Below are positions 17,037 to 25,091 of a DNA stretch of 64,000 bases, piece by piece; within the stretch, counting starts at the first letter, position 1, and each line of letters starts with the position of its first letter. The DNA lies in the IMG/VR virus record IMGVR_UViG_3300031963_000016, positions 32,001 through 96,000 of that record. The stretch is one strand, 5' to 3'. The DNA is from a virus. The notes below the pieces were generated by a model that was not told the DNA's origin, searched no databases, and was given only the letters and a program-made list of their open reading frames with translations. The position numbers were made by a program, and so were the translations under genes.

Positions 17037-17527
17037 GAACAGCATTACTTGGAAATGGAAATAGTAGGATTCTTTATGAACCTAATCCTAACAAATATGA
17101 CTATGTTATCGGGTGTAATATTCCCTGGACTACAGTTGATGCTACTGTTATAATGGATGTGAATGTATTAGAAAAGTTTGATACTTTATGGAAATGCTAT
17201 ATCAGTAGAAAAGCGTGGATTGAATGTCCAAATAAAATAAAAGATAAAATAGTTGGATGTGTAATAGGATTATTTGAAACTGTACCTGACTATGATTCTG
17301 CAGGTCACGCTGCTTGTAGAAAATTATTAGAGCTAGGTTCGACTGAAATAGATATATATGGATGTGATTCTTGGTTTACAAACAATACTGATAGTTACAC
17401 TCATCAGTGGATTGATAGTAGATCAATAGATATGAGTAAGAATGTAAGTGTTTGGCGTGCTAGATGGTATGATCTTATTGCTAAACACTCTAATGTTAAG
17501 TTTAATTTTATAGGAGAAACTAAATGA
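17033..17527 (+). CDS. DUF115/MptE or GT29-like nucleotide-binding fold protein
   Basis: ALLGNGNSR...IGCN...SAGHAA...EIDIYGCD. Confidence 0.55.
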   Translation: MRTALLGNGNSRILYEPNPNKYDYVIGCNIPWTTVDATVIMDVNVLEKFDTLWKCYISRKAWIECPNKIKDKIVGCVIGLFETVPDYDSAGHAACRKLLELGSTEIDIYGCDSWFTNNTDSYTHQWIDSRSIDMSKNVSVWRARWYDLIAKHSNVKFNFIGETK

Positions 17528-17724
17528 AGTTACTACTCGGTTCATTAATTATGGCAGTTGCAATTACTGGATTTGCAGCAGAGCCAGCAAAGAAATCAGA
17601 TGCAAAACCAGTGGAAAACACTAATTGCGTAAAGAAAGATAAAGATGGTAAGTGTCCTCCACTACCAAAAGGTGATAAACCAACACCAAAAGCACCAGCC
17701 AAAAAGGAAGAAGCAAAGAAGTAA
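17524..17724 (+). CDS. Small exported Lys/Pro/Ala-rich protein with C-x8-C
   Basis: Signal peptide ending GFA, then AEPAKK...CVKKDKDGKCPP... Confidence 0.75.
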   Translation: MKLLLGSLIMAVAITGFAAEPAKKSDAKPVENTNCVKKDKDGKCPPLPKGDKPTPKAPAKKEEAKK

Positions 17725-17727
17725 TTC

Positions 17728-17734
17728 CTAAATA
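17728..17734 (+). promoter_or_regulatory. Late promoter variant
   Basis: CTAAATA in the intergenic gap. Confidence 0.5.
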
Positions 17735-17818
17735 ATATATCCAGAGATGGATCGTGGTTGGAGGCAACCACGTTAAAAACCTTCATTACACACAACTCAT
17801 AACACACAAGGAGTAAAC

Positions 17819-18097
17819 ATGAGTAACTTGACCCCGTTCGAGATTCGCCTAGAACTATTAAAAATGGCGAAAGATATGCTTAACGATGACTATTATGGTA
17901 AGCGTGAAGTAATCAGCAACGAGTGGCAGATGAAAATTGAATCTGCTAGACTCAATGGGGGTGCGATGCCTGAACATCCAGGATTCCCACCATATCCATC
18001 AGAAACAGAAATCATTGCTAAAGCACAAGTGCTAAATGGTTTTGTTTCAAATATTCCCACTAATACATTAGAAAAGACTAGCAAAAAGTCCACCTGA
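17819..18097 (+). CDS. Conserved T4-like phage protein (PFEIRLELLKMA motif)
   Basis: AAGGAG SD; recognisable motif. Confidence 0.75.
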   Translation: MSNLTPFEIRLELLKMAKDMLNDDYYGKREVISNEWQMKIESARLNGGAMPEHPGFPPYPSETEIIAKAQVLNGFVSNIPTNTLEKTSKKST

Positions 18098-18157
18098 TAG
18101 GGATCGGGCAGAGGGATATTGCATTCCTCTGCCTCTAACTGAAATAAGGAGATCAAT

Positions 18158-18682
18158 ATGCGAATAAGAATCTATTCAATATTAATATTATTTTCAATAA
18201 GTTTTTCAATTATATTATATTCATATTTGTTTTTTAACGAGACAACAAAAGTTCTTAATATAGAACTGTCACAATTAACCAAAGACGCTAAGCAACAAGT
18301 TATTTGCTTGGCTGATAATATCTATCATGAAGCAGGATATGAACCTGAGAAGGGTAAGATTGCAGTTGCTCTTGTAACATTGAATAGAGTGCAAGATCCA
18401 CGATACCCAAAAGATATTTGCTCTGTAGTGAAACAAAAGGTAAACTATACATGTCAATTCACATGGTGGTGCGAAAATAAAATCACTAACAGAGAAAAAA
18501 TTGCATATGAAAAATCTAAAGAAGTTGCATTATATGTTTATGCAAATTATGAAAAAATAAAAGACTTCACAAATGGAGCATTGTTTTATCATGCTGATTA
18601 TGTTCGTCCGAATTGGAGAGGTTTAGAAAAAACCGCTGTAATAGGTAGACATATTTTTTATAAAGAGAAAGAAAAGTTATAA
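18158..18682 (+). CDS. Cell wall hydrolase, SleB/Hydrolase_2 family, N-terminal TM anchor
   Basis: CLADNIYHEAG..AVALVTLNRV..CQFTW..ALFYHADYV.P.W..IGRHIFY. Confidence 0.9.
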   Translation: MRIRIYSILILFSISFSIILYSYLFFNETTKVLNIELSQLTKDAKQQVICLADNIYHEAGYEPEKGKIAVALVTLNRVQDPRYPKDICSVVKQKVNYTCQFTWWCENKITNREKIAYEKSKEVALYVYANYEKIKDFTNGALFYHADYVRPNWRGLEKTAVIGRHIFYKEKEKL

Positions 18683-19242
18683 TGTTAAACAAATTGAACA
18701 TTCAACTTAAAGAATCGCCAGATGCACAGCATTCCTTCTTTTTGTTGATGGAAGAAATATCATTAACTTCTGCTAAGCAAGTTGTTGAATGGATTTTTGA
18801 AACGAACTTTCAAGAAGAAAGACCAGACTTGCTTAATCTTATAATCACATCTCCAGGTGGTGATCTTAACGCAGCATTTGCTATGATTGATGCGATGAGA
18901 GGTTCTGCTGTTCCAATTAGAACAATTGGATTGGGACAGATTGCTTCTGCAGGTCTTATGGTTTTTATTGCTGGAGAAAAGGGAAGTCGTATTCTAACAC
19001 CAAACACATCAATTCTAAGTCACCAGTATTCTTGGGGTGCTTTTGGTAAAGAACACGAATTATTCGCAACTGTCAAAGAGTTCGATTTAACCACAAAGAA
19101 AATGATTACACACTATAAAAAGTGTACTGGTCTTAATGAGAAAAGAATTAGAGATGTTCTTCTCCCACCTCAAGACATATGGTTAAGTCCTCAAGAGGCA
19201 AAAGATATGGGGCTATGCGATGCAATTAAAGAATTATCTTAA
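18682..19242 (+). CDS. clpP: ClpP-like protease subunit
   Basis: ITSPGGD, IASAG (Ser), SHQ (His), DIWL..EA..MGLCD. Confidence 0.85.
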   Translation: MLNKLNIQLKESPDAQHSFFLLMEEISLTSAKQVVEWIFETNFQEERPDLLNLIITSPGGDLNAAFAMIDAMRGSAVPIRTIGLGQIASAGLMVFIAGEKGSRILTPNTSILSHQYSWGAFGKEHELFATVKEFDLTTKKMITHYKKCTGLNEKRIRDVLLPPQDIWLSPQEAKDMGLCDAIKELS

Positions 19243-19402
19243 ATATTCTGGATTATGGATGGGATTTATTTTAAATCCTTATCATTGGGAATTTAAAGCA
19301 GTTAATATTAAACCTGATGATATGAATCCAAGAAATTATGGTTTTATGATTTCATTTGGACCAGTATGGGTTCGTGGAGTTGTAGATGATGGTGCTTGGT
19401 AA
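19220..19402 (+). CDS. Hypothetical protein
   Basis: 60-aa ORF overlapping the clpP end. Confidence 0.55.
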   Translation: MQLKNYLKYSGLWMGFILNPYHWEFKAVNIKPDDMNPRNYGFMISFGPVWVRGVVDDGAW

Positions 19403-19418
19403 ATTAAAGGAGTTTATA

Positions 19419-19649
19419 ATGAATGATAAAGTTTTTACTATTTCAGTTTTAATCGCAGTAGTGACATTTATTATTTCAGTCACTTTTTATCAATATAGTG
19501 AATTGAAGTCTGTTGAAAAAAATGTAGAGTCAGCAATTGTTAAAGGAATCGATCCTGTAGCTGTTCGTTGTGCTTATGCAAATGAACGAGATGTTGTATG
19601 TATAGCGTATGGCGCATCTCACCCAGCGACTCCAGTAAAAAGTAAGTGA
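19419..19649 (+). CDS. Membrane-anchored protein with two Cys
   Basis: AAGGAG SD; N-terminal TM; GIDPVAVRCAY. Confidence 0.65.
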   Translation: MNDKVFTISVLIAVVTFIISVTFYQYSELKSVEKNVESAIVKGIDPVAVRCAYANERDVVCIAYGASHPATPVKSK

Positions 19650-19692
19650 ATACTAACTTAAATCCCCTCTAGGATACAGGGATTCTAGGGGG

Positions 19693-19721
19693 TTGTCTTT
19701 TATTCAGGATTGATGTATAAT
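19693..19721 (+). promoter_or_regulatory. Sigma70-type early promoter
   Basis: TTGTCT-N17-TATAAT with TG just before the -10. Confidence 0.7.
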
Positions 19722-19754
19722 AACTCTGTTATCGTTGAAATGGAGTCTTAAATT

Positions 19755-20450
19755 ATGAGTCTGCTTACAGTTGGAAACCCAAAGTTGTTGAAGGGTCAGA
19801 AGAAAGGTTATCTGTCTTCAGTACTGCACCTCGCACCTGCAAACTTGTCAGGTAAAGAAGTGTGCCCTAAGAGAACAGTTGGTTGCACTGCTGCTTGTTT
19901 GAACACTGCTGGTCGTGGTGGCATCTTCAAGAAAGGTGAGACAACGAATGTGATTCAGCAAGCACGTATTCGCAAGACTAAAGCATTCTTCGAAAATCGT
20001 CAAGCATTTCTTCTTGAGTTGTTTGTTGAAATTCGTAAGACTATCAAGAAAGCAGAGAAACAAGGATTGATTCCTGTCTTTCGTCTTAATGGCACTTCTG
20101 ATCTCTCATGGGAGAAGTATGAAGTGCAAGACAATAAGAACATCTTTCAGATGTTTCCTAATGTGCAGTTCTATGACTATACCAAAGTGAACAATCGTAA
20201 AGTGAAACATATCCCTAACTACCACCTGACTTTCTCTAAAGCAGATGGCAACGACATGGATGTTCGCATTGCATTGTCAAATGGTATGAATGTTGCAGCT
20301 GTATTTCACAAAGTACCCGAAACATATCTTGGTCGTCCAGTCATCAATGGTGACGAAACTGATCTTCGTTTCTTGGATTCAAAGGGTGTGATTGTTGGTT
20401 TGAAAGCCAAAGGTAAGGCTAAGAAAGACACCACTGGCTTTGTTATTTAA
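19755..20450 (+). CDS. GP88-family protein (C-x7-C-x3-C)
   Basis: LAPA..VCPKRTVGCTAACLNTAGRG..RLNGTSD..QFYDYTK..YHLTFS..GDETDLRFLD..GLKAKG. Confidence 0.7.
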   Translation: MSLLTVGNPKLLKGQKKGYLSSVLHLAPANLSGKEVCPKRTVGCTAACLNTAGRGGIFKKGETTNVIQQARIRKTKAFFENRQAFLLELFVEIRKTIKKAEKQGLIPVFRLNGTSDLSWEKYEVQDNKNIFQMFPNVQFYDYTKVNNRKVKHIPNYHLTFSKADGNDMDVRIALSNGMNVAAVFHKVPETYLGRPVINGDETDLRFLDSKGVIVGLKAKGKAKKDTTGFVI

Positions 20451-20451
20451 C

Positions 20452-20480
20452 TTGTCTTGCAATTTTTACTGGAGTATAAT
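20452..20480 (+). promoter_or_regulatory. Sigma70-type early promoter
   Basis: TTGTCT-N17-TATAAT. Confidence 0.7.
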
Positions 20481-20486
20481 TATATC

Positions 20487-20825
20487 ATGATTGTATACGC
20501 AAGTCTTGGAAAATCTAAGAAAAGAAAACCTAATGCAAAGCAGCGAGAGTTGCAAGCAGACTGGGAAAACCTTCTTCAAAAATATGCTCCGAAGAAACCG
20601 ATCAAACATCAATCGGGTGACTGGGCATATTCTCTTGGGAAACCTGCTCGTCGGGAGACGCCTAACATCCCAAGTTTACCATTTACAGCAGGTGTTTGTG
20701 CAAAGAAAGAATCTCATGTCTATACTGGAACTGCTATGAAAGGTATTGGTACTTTGCATAAGTCTAACGCTATACCTATCTTCACAGATGAGGAAGCAGT
20801 TGATATTGCAAAGATGAGAAGGTGA
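20487..20825 (+). CDS. Conserved T4-like phage basic protein
   Basis: YTGT..KGIGTLHKSNAIPI..DIAKMRR. Confidence 0.7.
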   Translation: MIVYASLGKSKKRKPNAKQRELQADWENLLQKYAPKKPIKHQSGDWAYSLGKPARRETPNIPSLPFTAGVCAKKESHVYTGTAMKGIGTLHKSNAIPIFTDEEAVDIAKMRR

Positions 20826-20887
20826 TAAATAAACAATGCAATATAATGGACTGTTGAATCTAAAACAAAACACAAGGACTTAACGTA

Positions 20888-21130
20888 ATGGGCAAAAGAT
20901 CTTCTATTAACAGATATAACGAACTTATCGCAATCAAAATGCGACTAGATAAGTTTTTCACAATGTTTCTGGATACTTATGGAGACAAGATGGATCCAGA
21001 TAATGCAGAGACTCCTATTTGGAAATTATATAAAGCCAAACTAAATGAATATGAAGAAGTGAGTAAGGAAATCAAGGCACTTGAGTATTGGATGAAAAAG
21101 AAGGATGTCAAACTTGATGAGGAAGACTAA
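20888..21130 (+). CDS. Hypothetical protein
   Basis: AAGGA SD; TAATG overlap with gp33. Confidence 0.6.
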   Translation: MGKRSSINRYNELIAIKMRLDKFFTMFLDTYGDKMDPDNAETPIWKLYKAKLNEYEEVSKEIKALEYWMKKKDVKLDEED

Positions 21131-21345
21131 TGTTTAAAACTGCCAATGAGTTTTCTCTTCATATTGAACAATTAGTTGCCTCAAAAAAGTTTTCATATAT
21201 GGATGCAGTATTAGAGTATTGTCGAGAAAATTATCTCGAACCTGAAGATATTGCATCATTGATTAATAAGTCTTTAAAAGATAAAATTGAAATGAATTTT
21301 CGTGAGTTGAATTATCTCCCAAAACAAGCACAACTTGATATCTAA
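21130..21345 (+). CDS. gp33: Late transcription coactivator
   Basis: FS..IE......SYMDAVL.YC.EN..EPE..A.LI..SLKDKI..LNYL; position next to gp59. Confidence 0.85.
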   Translation: MFKTANEFSLHIEQLVASKKFSYMDAVLEYCRENYLEPEDIASLINKSLKDKIEMNFRELNYLPKQAQLDI

Positions 21346-21377
21346 GTTAGATATAATTTTAGTTATGAGATTTTACC

Positions 21378-21989
21378 GTGGACGGCTTTAAAGCATACAG
21401 ATATTATCTGGCTATTAAACTTCACTTCACCACTGATAAATTTAATGTCTTTGAGAACAGAGGTAATGTTCGTGGTACACGTGAAGCATTTAACGCTAGG
21501 AATGATAGATATATCTTTGAGAAATTGGCTCAAAAGTACCAAGATGATAAAGATATAATTCAATTTTTCGTTTCAAATTTTGCATACAATAGTGATAATG
21601 CAATATATGATGGACAGCTAGCAGAAGACAACTATCTCGAGTGGAATAGAAGAAAACAAAGTATTACAAAAGTTTTTATAGATGACTTGGCTAAGATTAT
21701 CACTCATGTTGAGATAAACAGATTAAAAAACACTGCAATATTTGATTTCACTGATAATGAGTATCCTATTGCATTAAATATGTTTATAGGTGGTAAACTT
21801 GCTATTGAGACTATGAGAATTATTGATGATTTTACAGATATTTTAGAAAAGTGGAAACAAAACATATCTGTGAAGTACATTTGGGAAAACGAGATGCGAC
21901 GAATTACAAAGTTGACTGGTTTTGTTAAATACGATAGAATTAAACTTGAAAAAATCTTTAACCACTTCTCAGAAGAAGTTGTGAATTAA
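21378..21989 (+). CDS. gp59: Helicase loader
   Basis: Y..YLAIKLHFTTDKFNVF..FN.R.D.Y.FEKLA; GTG start. Confidence 0.88.
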   Translation: MDGFKAYRYYLAIKLHFTTDKFNVFENRGNVRGTREAFNARNDRYIFEKLAQKYQDDKDIIQFFVSNFAYNSDNAIYDGQLAEDNYLEWNRRKQSITKVFIDDLAKIITHVEINRLKNTAIFDFTDNEYPIALNMFIGGKLAIETMRIIDDFTDILEKWKQNISVKYIWENEMRRITKLTGFVKYDRIKLEKIFNHFSEEVVN

Positions 21990-21990
21990 A

Positions 21991-22221
21991 ATGGGCAAGA
22001 CTTATAAGAAAAATGCTCGTCTGTTTGACGATGAGCAATCCAGTGGGCGATCTGGTAAACATGCCAAACACTCTAATAACAAAAAGAGTGGAGGTATGAA
22101 AACGCTAAATAGTTATGTTGAAGAAGATTATGATTTTGATAACGATCCATTTGATGATGAGATTGAAATTCAAGATGATGTAACAATTGAACATACTAAA
22201 AATACTAACGATACTCCGTAA
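21991..22221 (+). CDS. Hypothetical protein (basic N-terminus, acidic C-terminus)
   Basis: 76-aa ORF between gp59 and gp32. Confidence 0.6.
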   Translation: MGKTYKKNARLFDDEQSSGRSGKHAKHSNNKKSGGMKTLNSYVEEDYDFDNDPFDDEIEIQDDVTIEHTKNTNDTP

Positions 22222-22238
22222 ATACGAAAGGAAATACA

Positions 22239-23147
22239 ATGGATATTCAAACTCTACGCAAAATGCGTTCCTCTGACTTCGGTCAAATCTCTCAAGCATT
22301 CGATAAGATTGCTAATCCCCAAACCGAAACTAAGTCTTATGCCGATGATCGCTTTTGGCGATTGGAAGGCGACAAGGCAGGTAATGGTACAGCCACAATT
22401 CGATTCCTGCCACGAGTTGAAGGTGATGAACTCCCATGGGTACGTATCTTTTCTCATGGATTCCAAGGTCCAACTGGGAAATGGTATATTGAAAACTCTT
22501 TGACCACTCTTGGTGAAAACGATCCAGTTGGTGAACTAAACACTCAGCTGTGGAATAGTGGTTCTGAAGCAAACAAAGAGATTGCACGTAAGCAAAAGCG
22601 TAAACTCTCTTTTATTGCTAATATTCTTGTTGTCAGCGATCCTAAACATCCTGAGAATGAGGGTAAGGTTTTCTTATTTAAATTTGGTAAGAAAATCTTT
22701 GATAAGATTATGGACAAGGCTCGTCCGACTTTTGAAGACGAAAAGCCAGTCAATGTCTTTGATCTTTGGGAAGGTGCTAACTTTAAACTTCGCATGCGCA
22801 AGAAAGATGGCTATGCGAATTATGACGAATCTGTATTTACAGATCCTGTTGCAGTATCTGATGATGAACAAGAGTTATTGAAGATTGTTTCTGCTCAACA
22901 TAAACTTGCTGAATTTACAGATCGTAAAAACTTCAAGTCTTATGATGAACTAAAACGCAAGTTGAATGAGGTTCTTTCTGGCGACACTTATGTAAGTAAA
23001 TCTGCTGCAGAAATTGCAGATGAAGATGAACGTCCATCTGCGCCAGCACCAAAAATTGCATCTAAACCTGCTCCGTCTCCAAAATCTGTAGATGAAGACG
23101 ATGATGATGTGATGTCTTATTTTGAGAAAATTGCGAAAGAAGATTAA
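22239..23147 (+). CDS. gp32: Single-stranded DNA-binding protein (no Zn-binding Cys)
   Basis: DDRFWR..GNG.A.IRFLP..HGFQGPTGKWYIENSLTT..FGKKIFDKI..GANFKL..NYD.S; acidic tail. Confidence 0.95.
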   Translation: MDIQTLRKMRSSDFGQISQAFDKIANPQTETKSYADDRFWRLEGDKAGNGTATIRFLPRVEGDELPWVRIFSHGFQGPTGKWYIENSLTTLGENDPVGELNTQLWNSGSEANKEIARKQKRKLSFIANILVVSDPKHPENEGKVFLFKFGKKIFDKIMDKARPTFEDEKPVNVFDLWEGANFKLRMRKKDGYANYDESVFTDPVAVSDDEQELLKIVSAQHKLAEFTDRKNFKSYDELKRKLNEVLSGDTYVSKSAAEIADEDERPSAPAPKIASKPAPSPKSVDEDDDDVMSYFEKIAKED

Positions 23148-23167
23148 TCTACACTTCGCTACATAAG

Positions 23168-23199
23168 AAAGGGGATCGAAAGATCCCCTTTTGTTTTTT
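23168..23199. terminator. Bidirectional intrinsic terminator between convergent operons
   Basis: AAAGGGGATC-GAAA-GATCCCCTTT-TGTTTTTT. Confidence 0.85.
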
Positions 23200-24913
23200 A
23201 GAAAGCGAATCTATTTCGATCTCTTTCGTATCTTTCTAATGATGATTCTTGATTTCTTATATTTGCTTTAATATAATTGTTTTGATTGTTATTTACAGGA
23301 GCATTAACTACAGCATTGTTAGAAGATCTAACTTGTGGTGTCATTGCTCTAATCTTTGCTTCTTCTGAAGCAGCTGATGCAGAAGAAACTTGTGTGGCTG
23401 TTCTTGGTGGTTCAACTGGTTTTGCTACTGCTGGAACAGCTACTACTGGCGATGTAGTTGGAGCAGCTGTCGCTGGCGCAGGAGCAGCTTCTACAGCTGG
23501 AGCAGGTTTTTCTTTGAAACCAAAGAAACCTTTTAATTTACTCATTGTAGAACCAGTTTTTGGTGGTTCCTGTACGACAGCAGCAGAAGGCGATTCTTCT
23601 GGAGAAACTACACCACTGTAATCAACAACTCGTGGTTCTTGGCGTTGGGCAGGTTTAACTGGAGCTGTTTCTTCTTTCTTATCATCGCCAAATCCAAAGA
23701 AAGATTTAACTTTATCAAGTTTATCTTTAAACCATTTAGAAATAGCAGAAGAAATTTCTGTGACTTGATTTGAAATACTAGTAATAACATCACTAATAGA
23801 CCAACCATTCCACCATTCAATAATACCATCTTTTAATTTACCAAAACCAGTTACTACACTTCCAATAGATTCTGTAATAAATGTTGTTATCTTTCCCCAC
23901 AGTTCATCCCAATTGAAAGATTCCCATAGTTCTATCGCTTTGTCACGTATCCAAATAAATGGTTTTGCTAGATTATCAATCATGTTACTAAACATTGTCT
24001 CAAAGGAGAATGATTTTAATGCTTCTTCTGCCTTATCAAACCCAAATACTCCAAGCACCCAAGCAATAGCATTTTTTAACATGTCTAATGGTGCAAAAAT
24101 TAATGAATTAAAGAAACCTTTAACTGCACCCATAACACCACCAATAATTCCACCATCTTCAAATCCAGCTATAAATCCTTTTACCGTATCCCATAAAGTC
24201 ATGATAACTGTAAATGGAATTGCTAATTTTGAAAATATTTTAACAGCACCTCCGAATATTTTCATAAACTCATCACCCCATGCAGCAACTGTGGAGAAAA
24301 ATGATTTAACCTTTCCTACCATATCCATAACAAAATCGATACCTCTTCCTACTGCAGCAGAACCATCTTTTATTAGATCTGCTCCCTTTGCAATTGGTGC
24401 GAAGAATTTTGATATACCATCTTTTAAAGAGGTTATCATTTTACCGATTGTAGAACCCTCATCAAAAACAAAAAGACTTTTAATCTTGGCAAATCCTTTA
24501 GCAATAAGATCTCCTATTTTACCAAAGAAATCGACAATAGCATCAAAGCCAGTTTTAATTGCGGCGATCCACTTTTCTGGCAATAATACTTTAGCAAGTT
24601 TACCCAGAAGAGTTACATATCCTTTAATATAACCAACAATTGCACCTAAAGCCACTGCTAACATAGTGCCAAGTGCGCCAATGCCAAAATCACCACCAGC
24701 AGGTTTTGCACTTTTTGCAGCACCACCTATAGCTCCAGCTGTATTCTTTTCAATTTTTACAAGAAGTTCGATCATCTTGTCTTGACGTCTTTGATTCTCT
24801 AAATCATTTTCTTTAGATGAAGTTGGGGGTGTTACATTTGCTGGGGTGAGTCTAGCATCATTCGCTGCTATCATCGACCTTTGTGCTTGTAAAAGTGCTG
24901 CCATTTGCGCCAT
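23198..24913 (-). CDS. Tape-measure / baseplate hub (gp29-like) protein
   Basis: Long amphipathic helical F/W/G-rich core, Pro/Ala-rich C-terminal part; directly downstream of gp26/gp51. Confidence 0.6.
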   Translation of the reverse strand: MAQMAALLQAQRSMIAANDARLTPANVTPPTSSKENDLENQRRQDKMIELLVKIEKNTAGAIGGAAKSAKPAGGDFGIGALGTMLAVALGAIVGYIKGYVTLLGKLAKVLLPEKWIAAIKTGFDAIVDFFGKIGDLIAKGFAKIKSLFVFDEGSTIGKMITSLKDGISKFFAPIAKGADLIKDGSAAVGRGIDFVMDMVGKVKSFFSTVAAWGDEFMKIFGGAVKIFSKLAIPFTVIMTLWDTVKGFIAGFEDGGIIGGVMGAVKGFFNSLIFAPLDMLKNAIAWVLGVFGFDKAEEALKSFSFETMFSNMIDNLAKPFIWIRDKAIELWESFNWDELWGKITTFITESIGSVVTGFGKLKDGIIEWWNGWSISDVITSISNQVTEISSAISKWFKDKLDKVKSFFGFGDDKKEETAPVKPAQRQEPRVVDYSGVVSPEESPSAAVVQEPPKTGSTMSKLKGFFGFKEKPAPAVEAAPAPATAAPTTSPVVAVPAVAKPVEPPRTATQVSSASAASEEAKIRAMTPQVRSSNNAVVNAPVNNNQNNYIKANIRNQESSLERYERDRNRFAF

Positions 24914-24914
24914 A

Positions 24915-25091
24915 TTAGCGTTCCATTCTTTTCTTTTCTTCTTCTAAATGTCTAATTAGTAGGTAGATATAGATCTCTCTCTCAAATGGTATCATATTTT
25001 CAATATCTTCTAGTGTATATTTATGGTATTGCATCAATGAAAAGTTTAATTCATAATAATTAGATAAAGTATCATGAGAGAGAGCTATCAA
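24915..25091 (-). CDS. gp51: Short gp51-type baseplate hub assembly ORF (not in ORF track; TTG start or frameshift extension of gp26)
   Basis: Manual translation LIALSHDTLSNYYELNFSLMQYHKYTLEDIENMIPFEREIYIYLLIRHLEEEKKRMER. Confidence 0.8.
   Translation of the reverse strand: MIALSHDTLSNYYELNFSLMQYHKYTLEDIENMIPFEREIYIYLLIRHLEEEKKRMER

Noticed and set aside
23286-24632. + strand ORFs inside the tape-measure-like gene
   Set aside because: Antisense shadows, low complexity
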